DNA of 64,000 nucleotides from Candidatus Krumholzibacteriota bacterium (GCA_963764625.1 CAVXTH010000006.1:480001-544000), one strand, 5' to 3'. Shown: positions 19,883-31,019, counted from the first letter of the stretch. Numbers and translations are program-made. Notes: generated from the sequence alone by a model not told the origin.

Positions 19883-20034
19883 TGAACGAGCCAACCATCT
19901 TTGATTGGGAAGGAGAGGCCACTCACCCCTGGTTTCTTTTTCCCGCCTCCCACATGCGCCGACGAAGGTTTCGTCAGCGTTGTTCTGTGTCTCGCCTAGT
20001 GGTCCCCAAGGGGGCCCATCGAAAGAGGAGCATT

Positions 20035-20298
20035 TTGATCGCAGACGAACTCTTGAAGCTCTTGGTGTGTCCGCAGACGCGCAAACCGGTTCGCGTGGCG
20101 GATGCCGAGCTCCTGGCACGTGTCAACGATCGGATCGCCCGAAAGGAGATCCAGACGCGGGACGGCCGCAGGGTAGAGGAGCCTCTCGAAGAGGCTTTGG
20201 TTCGCGAGGACGGTGCGGTACTCTACCCAGTTCGCGACGGGATCCCGGTCATGCTCATTGGCGAGTCCATTGTCTTGGAGGAAACCCACGAGATTTGA
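20035..20298 (+). CDS. Trm112/YcaR-like small protein
   Basis: RBS GAGGAG then TTG. LLKLLVCPQTRKP...LYPVRDGIPVML. Confidence 0.85.
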   Translation: MIADELLKLLVCPQTRKPVRVADAELLARVNDRIARKEIQTRDGRRVEEPLEEALVREDGAVLYPVRDGIPVMLIGESIVLEETHEI

Positions 20299-20377
20299 TC
20301 TCGACCTTCGGAGGCGGGTTGGTGTTCGCGGCTTGATTCTCTCGCCGGCGCGAGCCCTCCGGAACAAGCAGACTAGA

Positions 20378-23300
20378 ATGAGAGCCGTGACCCAGACTCT
20401 TCGAGTGCTGACGTGGGCCTTCCTCATCTTGGCCCTGACGCGGTGTGTGGCCCGCGCCACCTCCGCGGTCGAGGTGCAGCTCTTGGAGCAGAGCGCGGAC
20501 CGCACTGCCTTTCGTGTGGTCTGGCCCAGCCAGGGCGAGAACTTCGCGAACATCCAGAAGTTCGTGATCGCCGTGCCTTCTGCGCGGCCGCCTCGGCTCA
20601 CCGTCCTGAACCGGCGCGACGCCTACGACCTGGACCCCGACACAACTCAGGCTCCAGCCGGACCGAGCGAACTCGTAACGCTCGGGCTGCCGCACCGGGT
20701 GCGCGGAGTGTGGCGCGTCGTTCTCTCTGTCGCGGCGCGTTACCGCGGCGACGATGGCAGCCGCAGGCGGCTGCAGGAAATCGAGTTCAGCGTGAATCAC
20801 CCCGCCGCGGCCGGTGAATTCTCCGCGCCGCCCCCCTTGGGAATGCCCGATACCGCTTCGCATTTCGCGACCCATTCCTTCGTGAATCCCGCGTTGGCAC
20901 GCTCCTTCCGCCGGGCTTCGATCGCCAGGCAAGGGGTTCAGACCAAGGCGGCGGGAGAGAACGACACTTTCGCGCGCAGCCCGCATTGGCTTCGCATGGA
21001 GATCTCCGAGACCGGGCTCTACCGGCTGCGCTACGAGGATCTGGAGGTCCTGTTGCAGGATCAGGCGGCCTCCATCGATCCCGCGACTCTGCGTCTCTTC
21101 TCCGCGCCGACCCTCCTGCAGAATCTCGATCCGAACGTGGGGGGACAGAGCTGGGAGTCCGACTACGAGCTGAAGGAGCGGGCCATCCACGTCGTGGCAA
21201 TGGCGCCGGCCGCCGGGCTGGGAGCCGGCGACTACATCCTCTTCTACGCCGGCGGAATCGATACTTGGTCGGATCGACACCAGAGCGTGAGCGACCCCTT
21301 TGCCCACGTGGAACACCAATACGCCGATCGGCTCGCGCTCTGGCTGAGCTGGGACCCCATCGGATCGAGCGACTCCGATTTCCCCGCAAGCCCTTTACGG
21401 ATGGCCGCGATCGATGCCACTCCCGATCCGGATCCTTCGCAAGATCTCCAGGACTATCGCGAACGCGTCCACCTGGAAGACTCCGCCGCCATGCGCTACG
21501 GAATCGTGAAGGACAACTGGACCCTCACCAGCTCGCCCCTGCGGGTGGGGGAGAGCTACTCCAAGACCTGGATCGCCGATCACGTGCTGGCGGACAGCAC
21601 CGCCTGGGTCTTCGCGAATCCGGTGATGATACCGGCGAGCAGCATCGCGAGCATCGAGGTACTGTTGAACGGAACGAACCTGGGCAACTACACCTGGTCT
21701 TCCATCCTCCAACTGAGCGGCGGGGGCTTGCGCTTCGCGGGCGCTGTGGCGGCGCCGCAGGAGGGCAGCAATCTGGTCCAGATCTTCAACCGGTCGCCCA
21801 GCACGAGAGTGGATCTCGATCTCATCGATTTGAGCTATCGCCGCGCGCTCTTCACGAGGGCGGGCAAACTCGAATGGATGGTCTTTCCTGATGAAGCCAT
21901 CGCGCCTGTTTCGCGCGCAGCTTCACGTGCGTGACGAGGACCTGGGAGGCGCGGGCTTCAACGCGGAGAGCTACGTCGTCGACACCACCGACCCCGATCT
22001 TCCCGTGGTTCTCACCGGCTCGGCGGTCGACGGCGACACGCACGGTCTTCGCTTCCAGACCACGATCCAGTCCGAGTCTCACTTCGCGGTGTACGAAACT
22101 GGAGCCTTGCTGACGGCGGTGGGAATGCGGTTGGGACGTCCTCGGCTTCTACGCAGTGAGGTGTTTGCACAAGGGGGCTGGGATTTTCTCGCCGTCGGAC
22201 CGGCGAATCTCTTGAGTGGGGTCGATGATCTCGTGAGCTATCACGGCCAAGACTTGCGCGATGGGAACGATCAGCCGCTGGCCTCCCCGCGCGTGGACAG
22301 CGTGAGTCTCCAGGACATCTGGGACAATTTCGGCTACGGCGTGAAGGAGCCGGCTGCGCTGCGCAATTTCTTGAAGTTCTCGTATCTCCATCCGGTCCGC
22401 GGAGAAGCGGGTCGGCAAACCGAATACACTCTCCTGGTAGGTGACGCCAGTCGCGACTACCGCAGCCGCTTGCCCGGCAGCACGGGGGAAGAGGAACGCG
22501 ACCGTTGCCCCACCTTCGTGCAGACCCACTGGCCCCGGAGCAGTGAATTTCTACCGGGCCAAGCGCAGTACGTGCCCTACGCCACCGACGACTGGCTGGG
22601 GGCCTTCGATGCTCCGGACAGTTCGGACACCAACTACGCGCCCTACGACCTGCCCGAGCTAGCCATGGGCCGCTATCCGGTGGCGAATCTATCCGAGACG
22701 CGCTTGTTGGCGCGCCGTGCCGTCGACTACGAGAGCGCGCCGGAGCGGGGAAGCTGGCGCAACGATATCCTTTTGGTCTGTGACGACGAGGTGGGTCTCG
22801 CTTACAACACCCAGAGCGAGAAGGATTCACATCCAGGAGGGAGAGATCCTGGCCGAGAACCTGATTCCCGATGTCGTCGACGTGACGAAACTGTACCTCA
22901 CCGAGTATCCCAATCCGCCGGGTCCGCGCAACAAGCCGGCCGCCCGCGCCGAGATGCGCCGCTCCTGGTCCGATGGAAAGCTCATCGTGCACTACATCGG
23001 CCACGGATCGCCCCGGCAATTGGCCGACGAGAAGGTCTTTCTCATCGAGGACGTATCCGCGCTCACCAACGAGAACCGCCTTCCCCTCTTTCTCGCGTTC
23101 TCGTGCGACGTCTCGATTTTCGATTCCCCCACGGAAAAGAGCATGGCGGAGCAAATGGTGCTTCACGATGGCGGTGGGGCGATCGCGACCATCGCGGCCA
23201 CCCAGGTGAGTTTCGTGCAGTCGAACAACGATTTGACGGAAGACTTCTATCCGCTGCTCTTTCCCAGCGATGATCCCGCGGACACGCCGCCCATCGGCGC

Positions 23301-24441
23301 CACTCTCCGCGACGCGACGGTTGTGCTGGGAGGCAGCGCGTTCACTGACCACAACTCGCTCAAGTATGCGCTCTTCGGCGACCCAGCGCTGCGTCTCGCC
23401 ACGGTGCAGAAGGGTCTGGACCTTTCCGGCGCGCTCGCGGACACCATCGCCACCGGCAGCGTCGCGGGAGTCGTGGGTCGCGCCAGCGACGGGCAACTTC
23501 TTTCCGGCCACTACGAGCTTCTTGCCCGGGAAGCTCGCGATTCCTCGGGCTACACGCGCGTCGACAACGATACCACCATCTTCCACATCCCCTACGTGCT
23601 CGATGGCGCAGCCTTCTTCCAGGGCCAGGGCATCGCCTCGGGCGAGAGTCTGCTGGTGCAGGTTCCGGTTCCCGTCACTCTGCGGGGAGGCAACGACGGA
23701 CGCCTTCGCATGCTCTACGAAGAGGACGGGTCAGGAAGCCGCGAATTGGTCGGAATCTCCGATCCGGTTCCGGTGGTGTTTCGCTCGAGCTCCAGCAACG
23801 ATACCGAGGGCCCCTCGATCCAACTCAGTTTTTCCACCGCCTCCGTCGTCGTCGTTGCGGGAGACACGCTCCGCGTGCGGCTCTCCGATCCCAGCGGAAT
23901 CAACGTGCTCGGCACCTCCCCGGCGAGCCGCATCAGCGTCGATTTCGATTCCCGTGGATTCCCGCTGGACATCACGAGGCTCTTTCGCCTCGACGAAGGA
24001 CGCTTTGACAGTGGGGGGTTGGATTACGCACTGCCCTCCGATCTGGAACCCGGGGCGCACACCATGGAGGTGAGCGCCAGTGATACACGGGGAAATCTTT
24101 CGACCGCGTCGATCAACTTCACTCTGCGCCAGGAGGGCGCGCTGGAAATCACCGACGCGATCGTCGTGCCCAATCCCTTCTCTTCCTCCACGAGATTCGT
24201 GGTCGATTTGAGTGACGCGGCTCGCGTCGAGATCCGTATCTACTCGCTCGACGGACGGCTCATCCGTCGGCTCAACGAGGTTCAGGATCAGCGAGGCGTG
24301 CTCGTGATCGACTGGGATGGGCTGGACTTTCGGGGGGACGAAATTGCAAACGGCGCGTACCTGTATACCGTGCGCGCCACCTTTCTTCAGGCCTCGCTAC
24401 TCACTTTGACCAAGACCGGTCGAGTCGTGAGGATGCACTAG
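20378..24441 (+). CDS. porU: PorU-like C25 (gingipain family) T9SS sortase; +1 frameshifts near 21910 and 22823
   Basis: Three consecutive ORFs join into a ~1350-aa protein: signal peptide, ISETGLYRLRYEDL, IWDNFGYG..EPAALRNFL, LLVGDASRDY, TDDW, ELAMGRYP, catalytic-type HYIGHG and FSCD, YALFGDPAL, DTEGPSI, SDPSGIN, and C-terminal PNPF...WDG..GAYLY. Adjacent to porV. Confidence 0.85.
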
Positions 24442-24518
24442 ATGAACGGCCGTGAAGGGAGAGTGGTGGACTTCATCGCTTGGAGCGCCAACCCAATCCG
24501 ACACAGGAGGACGAATCA

Positions 24519-25511
24519 GTGAACCGCTCCCTTATGGCCATCTTGGCCGCACTCATCATCGTGACCGCATTCTCAGGGAACGCCCTGGCGGTGAGCCAAG
24601 CAGGCGCGATCTCCCTGACCTTTCCCATCGGCGCGCGGTACAACGCGCTGGGAGAGTCAGGAACTGCGCTGAGCACGGACCTCGCTGCCATGTGGTGGAA
24701 CGTGGGAGGATTCGCCTTCGCTGCGGATGGCGGAAAACGCCGCGGATTCGAATTCATGGACACCAAGCTCGTGCCCGATTTGGCCGACGATGTTCGGCTG
24801 GACTACTTCAGCTACGGTCAGTACGTGGAAGGTTGGGGGATGATGGGAGCGTATCTCACCTACCTCAACAACGGGGTCCAGCAGAAAACCGATGAAGGCG
24901 GACAGAACCTGGGCACATTCAAGTCCTACGAGTTCTCGATCGGCTTCGCCTACGGGGTCAAGATAACTCCCCGCCTGGGAATTGGAGTCGGCGTCAAGTA
25001 CTTCCGCAACGAACTGGCGCCCGACAGCGCGACCCAAGACCGAGGCTCGGGCACGGGTTCGACCTGGGCTATCGACACCGGTTTGCACTATCGCGTCAGT
25101 GACGCGCTGAACTTCGGCGCGGCGCTCACGAACCTCGGGCCGGACATCACCTTCATCGATGCCGATCAGTCCGACCCCATGCCCCTCAGTCTGCGGCTGG
25201 GAGCCTCGATGGTGGCCTACCAGTCCGAATACATGGGATTCCTAGTCGTCGGCGACTACCTCAAGAGTCTGGTGAGTCAGGATGACACCCAGATCTTTGG
25301 TGGCGGCGTCGAATGGAATTACGTGCAGAGCCTCTACATTCGTGTGGGCTACAAGCACGACCAGGAGGGGGAGATCAAGGACTACACGTGGGGGATGGGA
25401 GTCGATCTGACGCGTTGGACGGGCCAGTCGATCTCCGTCAATTACGCCAGCGTGCCCCAGGCCACCGGTTTGGACCGCGTCTCCCGGATTTCTCTCAGCT
25501 TCCTGTTTTAG
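24519..25511 (+). CDS. porV: PorV/PorQ family FadL-like outer-membrane barrel (T9SS shuttle)
   Basis: Signal peptide, AGAISLTFPIGARYNALGESGTA, A.WWN.GG.AF, LVPDLADD, LTNLGPDI, DPMPLSLRLG, terminal Phe. Confidence 0.85.
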   Translation: MNRSLMAILAALIIVTAFSGNALAVSQAGAISLTFPIGARYNALGESGTALSTDLAAMWWNVGGFAFAADGGKRRGFEFMDTKLVPDLADDVRLDYFSYGQYVEGWGMMGAYLTYLNNGVQQKTDEGGQNLGTFKSYEFSIGFAYGVKITPRLGIGVGVKYFRNELAPDSATQDRGSGTGSTWAIDTGLHYRVSDALNFGAALTNLGPDITFIDADQSDPMPLSLRLGASMVAYQSEYMGFLVVGDYLKSLVSQDDTQIFGGGVEWNYVQSLYIRVGYKHDQEGEIKDYTWGMGVDLTRWTGQSISVNYASVPQATGLDRVSRISLSFLF

Positions 25512-25574
25512 GGCAGGCTTCTGGGGCGGGTCTCGCAAGGCCGGTCCCTGGAGTTCAGAGCCGGAGGTCAGCGA

Positions 25575-28500
25575 ATGTCGCGCCGAGCAAGTCAGGGCCT
25601 AGGAACTTCGTCCAGTGCGTCACGGACGGCGGCTCTGCGTGCGATCGGATTGTCTTGTCTGCTCCTGTGGGGGTTGGCGCTCCCGAAATGTGCCGATGCG
25701 GCCCAGCCGAGACAGTCCGACGAGGTGCACGTGCGTTCGTTTCCTTCGCTCACGGTTCGCCGCTCGCTTCCCCCCAGCCAGCTTCCTTTGGATCAGCTGC
25801 AATCGCTGGAGAAACTGGGGGAGTCCGAACAACTGATTCTGCGTCATCTTGGGCCCCACGGGGTCTCGCGAAAGGGCCTGGCACGGGCCCGCGCTCGCCG
25901 GGAGCTCGTTTCCACGAAGGGTCTCGCCGCAGCGGGCGTCGACACGCTGCACGTCCTGGTCGTCCTCATCGACTTCGATACCGACCGTTCCGGTTCGTTG
26001 ACCAGTGTCACCGAGGACGGCGGGTTCGCTTGCGATCCCGATACTTCCATCATCTTCGATCCTCCTCCTCACGATCGGAATTTCTTCGGGGCCCACATCG
26101 AAGGCCTGGGACGATTCTGGTCGTCGATGAGCAACGGTCGACTCGTGGTGGACGCGCGGGTGTATCCGCCCGTCGATCCCACTTCGAACCGTTACCCGTG
26201 CAACGGGATCAGTCTGAGTGACATTGCCGATTACGGTCCGGGCTCGGGAGGGTTCTGGGACATCGACGGTCTGGTGAGGCTCGTGCAGGACATGATCAAG
26301 GCCACCGATGAAGCGTCTCTGGATGATCCAAGCCTCAATCTGGCCGACTTCGACTTCGACAATCCCAACACCTACGTGATCTTCGCGCACGCCGGGGGGG
26401 ACCTGCAGAGCAACCTGGTGTGGGATCCGGGCGTGGAGGGGTATTCGCCCAACGACATCCCCACTTTCTTCGTTCTGCTGGGCGACTCCGACACGGTGCA
26501 ATTGCAGTCGGTGGACGACCTCACCCACACCCAGGGACTGATGAGCGAGTGCAGCATCATCCCGGAGAGCACGACGCAGGACGGATTGCTGGGGAGCATC
26601 GCGGCGGCCCTCTACCACGAATTCGGTCACTCTCTGGGTCTGCCCGATCTCTACAGCACCTACACCGGACAACCGGCCGTAGGGTGGTGGGATCTCATGG
26701 GCAGCGGAACGAACCTGGCGGCCAACGTGCAACTCGAGGCCGGAGCGGATCCGGTGCAGGTCACCGGTCTGCTTCCGCCGAGCATCGGGCTGTGGTCGAA
26801 GTGGTTTTTGGGTTGGATCGACCCCATTCGCGCGGGCGCGCAACCGAAGACGATCGATCTGCCGGCTTCCTATCTGCAGGATCGCGACGACAAAGGGCTC
26901 CTTCTGGATACCGGAAACGACGAGTTCTTCCTGGTGGAGAATCGCTGGATTCCCCCCTTCGTTCCCCTCGACGCCGGCGGCAACCCCGAGTGGGCGTTGA
27001 TTCGCGACCAGAGCTCGGGGGTCGTGCTCTATTTGGGCGAGAACACCAACGTGGTTCGTCCCAAGAACACCAACCTCTACGACTTCTTCATGCCCTGGGA
27101 GGGAGGAGCGATGGTGTGGCGGGTGCGTCAAGGTCTGATCGACCAGCGCATCGGTACGAACGAAGTCCAGCGACTGCCGGGAGACTCCGGCCTGGAAATC
27201 GTGGAGGCCGACGGGATTCAGGACATCGGGGTGTTCGACTTTCGCACTTTCGGATTCGTGGGGAGCGGAAACGATGCTTTTCGTGCCCCGGGAGTCTATG
27301 CGAATCCGCCCCAACAACCCCTCTACAGCGTGGGCTTCGATTCCACACAGACCGCCTTCGGTCCCACCACAACTCCCAGCAGCGAGAGTGCGCTGCGCGT
27401 TCCAACCGGGGCCGCGATCTGGGACATCTCCCGCAGCGACACCGTCATGACGATGAAGACCGCTCTGTTCGCCTCGCAAGTGAGCGACAACTCTCATTTT
27501 CCCGTGGTGTTGCCTCCGGTGGATGGCGCAGAGGGACCGGTTCCTCTTCGGGGAGACGCGAGGAGCGTGGCGCATGTGGGAGGACTCGACGCCACCAGCA
27601 CTCCCGAACCGGCGATCCTGGTGAGCGCGACGCCCTCCGACGGTAGCCCGGGCGCGACCGTGTTCGCCTTCACTCCACAGGGCGATCCGATCGCCAGTGG
27701 AATCGCGGCCTCTCTCAGCGGGCCCACCGCCGGCCCCATCGCCTCTCTGCCCTCCTTCCGCGGCGCCGCCGCCTACGCGTTGATGACGGTCGACGGAAGC
27801 GTGGACGTGAGGGACGCCGATCTTCGAAACGGCGGCGGCTCGCTCTCGGGATTTCCGCTCGCACTCGGTGATTCGATCACGGCCGGACCGATCGTGGTGC
27901 GGCGAGGATCCGAGTCACTTCTGCTGGGGGCAAATTTGCCCGCGAGTCGATTGCACCTCGTCCAGGAGAACGGAACCATCCGCGACGATTGGACCAACTG
28001 GGAATCCCAGGGCGGACTTGGACTGAACCCGAGCGAAACGCTCAGAAGCGTGCCCGTCGCCGCGGATCTGGACGGGAACGGTCAGGTGGAATCGATGGTT
28101 TTCGTGGCGGGGGCTCGCATCGTGGGGTACGACCTCACGGGACAATCTCCGACTCGAGTCCTCGATCTTCCCATTTTGGGGAAGCTGGGAGAGATCGGTG
28201 CCCAGTCGAGCTTCGCGCTCACCGCGTGGCCCTCCGAGGAGGGTCTCGCCCCCGATCGGATCCTGGTGGAATACAGCGAAGCGCGGAGCGGCGCGCCCGA
28301 CGCCATTCTGTTGCGGGTGTTCTTCAGGAGCGGTGGCTGGGACTCCGAATTTTTCGGAGAGGGGATGCCGCTTCCGCTCACCGGCCCCGCGGCGCTGGGC
28401 GACCTGGATGGCGATGGCCACCGCGATGTGGTGGTCATGGATCGTGAGAGGATTTGGGCCTACGGGGGCCCGAGCGGTGCCTCTCTGGTGGGCTTCCCGG

Positions 28501-29237
28501 TGCCCCTGCGCGATCAGCATCTCGTCAGCTCGGGTGAGCGGCTCGTGGACGAACCCAAGGGCAGTGCCATCATCGCGGACGTGGATGGCGACGGTCAGAA
28601 CGAGCTGGTGTTCGAGAGTGCTCTGGGGCTGCTCTACGCCATGGAAAAGGACGGAAAGGACAGCGCCGGCTACCCGCGGAAAGTGAGCGGTGGGGGCGTG
28701 GTTTCCCCTCAGCTCTACGACTATCTCGACGGGGCTCAGCCCCGCCGGGCGATCCTGCTCTTCGAGGCCGCAGGAGATACGGTGGCCCAGGGAGGCGCCC
28801 TCCGCAGCCCGCGTCTGCAGAAGATCGAACTTCCGCCTCCCCCGCAGCCGCGCGCCGATCAGCGTCTGGCGGAATGGCGGGGTCTTTCGGGAAGCGTATT
28901 GCGCCAGGGAAGAGGTGTGGTGGGGCAGGGGCCCCAGAGTTCCGTGGCGGTTGCGAACGAGGACCGTGGGGCTTTCGTCTATCCCAATCCCGCCGGCGCG
29001 CAGTTGTACGCGCGGGTGCGTTTCGAAAGCGGTGGGGTGCAGACCGCGTCGGCGACCCTCATGAACGTGGAAGGTCAGGAGCGCTACACCGCCACGAAAG
29101 AGATCACGACGGCGGGGACCAACGAGATCGATCTGCCCATCGAGACCCTGGCTTCCGGTCCCTACCTGTGCCGCATCGAGTACCTGGCTCCTGCCGGTCG
29201 GCGGGTCGAAGTCATCCCCTTCTACATCGAGCACTGA
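25575..29237 (+). CDS. Secreted M6 (immune inhibitor A-like) metalloprotease with FG-GAP repeats and T9SS-type C-terminal domain
   Basis: HVLVVLIDF, IFAHAG, HEFGHSLGLPDLY, WDLMGSG, FFLVENR; repeats ADLDGNG, GDLDGDG, ADVDGDG; C-terminal YPNP...LASGPYLCRI. Confidence 0.87.
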   Translation: MSRRASQGLGTSSSASRTAALRAIGLSCLLLWGLALPKCADAAQPRQSDEVHVRSFPSLTVRRSLPPSQLPLDQLQSLEKLGESEQLILRHLGPHGVSRKGLARARARRELVSTKGLAAAGVDTLHVLVVLIDFDTDRSGSLTSVTEDGGFACDPDTSIIFDPPPHDRNFFGAHIEGLGRFWSSMSNGRLVVDARVYPPVDPTSNRYPCNGISLSDIADYGPGSGGFWDIDGLVRLVQDMIKATDEASLDDPSLNLADFDFDNPNTYVIFAHAGGDLQSNLVWDPGVEGYSPNDIPTFFVLLGDSDTVQLQSVDDLTHTQGLMSECSIIPESTTQDGLLGSIAAALYHEFGHSLGLPDLYSTYTGQPAVGWWDLMGSGTNLAANVQLEAGADPVQVTGLLPPSIGLWSKWFLGWIDPIRAGAQPKTIDLPASYLQDRDDKGLLLDTGNDEFFLVENRWIPPFVPLDAGGNPEWALIRDQSSGVVLYLGENTNVVRPKNTNLYDFFMPWEGGAMVWRVRQGLIDQRIGTNEVQRLPGDSGLEIVEADGIQDIGVFDFRTFGFVGSGNDAFRAPGVYANPPQQPLYSVGFDSTQTAFGPTTTPSSESALRVPTGAAIWDISRSDTVMTMKTALFASQVSDNSHFPVVLPPVDGAEGPVPLRGDARSVAHVGGLDATSTPEPAILVSATPSDGSPGATVFAFTPQGDPIASGIAASLSGPTAGPIASLPSFRGAAAYALMTVDGSVDVRDADLRNGGGSLSGFPLALGDSITAGPIVVRRGSESLLLGANLPASRLHLVQENGTIRDDWTNWESQGGLGLNPSETLRSVPVAADLDGNGQVESMVFVAGARIVGYDLTGQSPTRVLDLPILGKLGEIGAQSSFALTAWPSEEGLAPDRILVEYSEARSGAPDAILLRVFFRSGGWDSEFFGEGMPLPLTGPAALGDLDGDGHRDVVVMDRERIWAYGGPSGASLVGFPVPLRDQHLVSSGERLVDEPKGSAIIADVDGDGQNELVFESALGLLYAMEKDGKDSAGYPRKVSGGGVVSPQLYDYLDGAQPRRAILLFEAAGDTVAQGGALRSPRLQKIELPPPPQPRADQRLAEWRGLSGSVLRQGRGVVGQGPQSSVAVANEDRGAFVYPNPAGAQLYARVRFESGGVQTASATLMNVEGQERYTATKEITTAGTNEIDLPIETLASGPYLCRIEYLAPAGRRVEVIPFYIEH

Positions 29238-29251
29238 CGGGAGGAGAAAGC

Positions 29252-30226
29252 ATGCGCATCTTCACTTCAGCTCTTCTGTTCCTCGTTCTTTACACTTTGC
29301 CCGCGCTGGCAGCCGAAACCTCGACGCCACCCCGCGAGAGTGTCGCTTCGCCCCATCTGGTCTCCCGGGTCTCTTCCACTCAAATTCTCCAGGGCAAAAA
29401 GGAAACGGTACCGCCCAGCTACCGGTTCAGCGCGGAGCAAGCGGATGAGGTTCTGGCGCAGGGGGAAGAGCCGGTTCCCAACTGGGAGGAAAATCAATCC
29501 AATGGCGCTCCCAAGCGCTGGTGGCCCCTGGCCCTCTCCGCCGCGGTTCCCGGGCTTGGCGAAGCGGTGACCGGGCACAGACGCGGTTATCTGTTCATGG
29601 CCGCTGATGCGGCTTCCATTTATGGCGCTGTGCATTACAACAAGAAGGGGGACGACAAGGAGGCGGAGTACATCGCTTTCGCCGACGCGCACTGGTTTCA
29701 AGACCAATGGGAGGAGGCGTTGCGAACCGTGGACACCTCACCTTGGTTCGGCACGGACTACCGCGGCAAGAGCAAGGAAGACGTGCCCCTCTGGGTATCC
29801 AAGGAACAGGATGCGCGCGAGTACTACGAGAATCTGGGAAAGTGGGACATCTTCTGGTACGGCTGGGAGGACTCCAAACCGCGCAGCATCGGTGATACGG
29901 ACATCACATGGGACTGGACGAATCCTCCCCCGGACTTCATCACCCCGCTGCGCAACCAGTACCTCGACATGAGAACGGCGAGCAACGACGCCTACGGCAA
30001 TCGAGACAAGTTTCTCACCGCGAGTCTGCTTTTGCGACTGTTCAGCGTCCTGCAGGTCGCCTATCTCGAGGGCTTCATCGGCGGCCACTACAACAGCGAT
30101 TACCAGGGACCAGGGGTCGGCGGCTCCCTGGCCCATCTTCAGAAGAGTCACGGCGCGCAAGTGAATTGGTTTGTCGATGCGCAGAACATCGACAACACCC
30201 GCTTGGGCCTACAGGTGAGGTATTGA
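29252..30226 (+). CDS. Exported DUF5683-like membrane protein
   Basis: RBS GGAGGAG, signal peptide, LSAAVPGLGE followed by a hydrophobic helix, REYYENLGKW, terminal LGLQVRY. Confidence 0.65.
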   Translation: MRIFTSALLFLVLYTLPALAAETSTPPRESVASPHLVSRVSSTQILQGKKETVPPSYRFSAEQADEVLAQGEEPVPNWEENQSNGAPKRWWPLALSAAVPGLGEAVTGHRRGYLFMAADAASIYGAVHYNKKGDDKEAEYIAFADAHWFQDQWEEALRTVDTSPWFGTDYRGKSKEDVPLWVSKEQDAREYYENLGKWDIFWYGWEDSKPRSIGDTDITWDWTNPPPDFITPLRNQYLDMRTASNDAYGNRDKFLTASLLLRLFSVLQVAYLEGFIGGHYNSDYQGPGVGGSLAHLQKSHGAQVNWFVDAQNIDNTRLGLQVRY

Positions 30227-30228
30227 TC

Positions 30229-31014
30229 ATGCGCGCAAAGTCGACGATTGCCTTGATGACCGCGATCCTGTTCGCCGCGCTCGGTGCGGCGCGCGCGGAC
30301 GACGGTGGGCGCTTGAGTTCTCTCATGCGCGAGAGTTCGCAAATCGCGGTGGCGCAGCAGACCACCGAGGGTCAGGTGACCGCCCCGGTGTTCGGAGGGG
30401 AGATCGGGTCCCGTCTGAAGCATGCCTCCCATTCTCTTTTACTTCCCGGCTGGGCTCAGCTTCGTTCGCATCACGCTTACCGGGCCGCGTTCTTTCTGAC
30501 GACGGAGGCCGCGATCTGGACCTCGTTCGCGGTGTTCAAAGCGCAAGGACACAGCCGCGAGAACAGCTATCAGGAGTACGCGGTGAATTTCGCTGGCATC
30601 GATGCCGGTAGTCGCGACGACAACTACTGGCGCTCGCTGGGGAGTTACCGCGACAGTGACGCCTACAACGAGGACCGTCGCCGCGACCTGCGTATCGGCC
30701 TCGACCCATCCGGGCCGGAGTACGCCGGAGGAGATGCCTGGCAGTGGCAGAGCGAAGCACGCTTCGAGGACTACAATGCGCTGCGAAGAGACGCCAACAG
30801 TGCCTACGATCATGCGGATCTGGTGGTGGTTCTGGCGCTGGTCAACCGTCTCGTCTCGTTCATCGACGCCATGCGTAGCGGCCCCCCGAGCTCCGAGTCC
30901 GACGGTACCCAGGACCATCTTCTTCAGGCGGGCGGCTTCGGAATGGACCTCGGCGTCGGCCCCGATTGGAGTGGAGGCGTGGCCTCCTCGCTCACTCTCA
31001 GCCGGAGCTTCTAG
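30229..31014 (+). CDS. Exported DUF5683-like membrane protein (paralog of the upstream gene)
   Basis: Signal peptide, SLLLPGWAQ followed by a hydrophobic helix, WQWQS..RFEDY..LR, LVNRLVSFIDA, terminal LTLSRSF. Confidence 0.65.
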   Translation: MRAKSTIALMTAILFAALGAARADDGGRLSSLMRESSQIAVAQQTTEGQVTAPVFGGEIGSRLKHASHSLLLPGWAQLRSHHAYRAAFFLTTEAAIWTSFAVFKAQGHSRENSYQEYAVNFAGIDAGSRDDNYWRSLGSYRDSDAYNEDRRRDLRIGLDPSGPEYAGGDAWQWQSEARFEDYNALRRDANSAYDHADLVVVLALVNRLVSFIDAMRSGPPSSESDGTQDHLLQAGGFGMDLGVGPDWSGGVASSLTLSRSF

Positions 31015-31019
31015 AAGGC

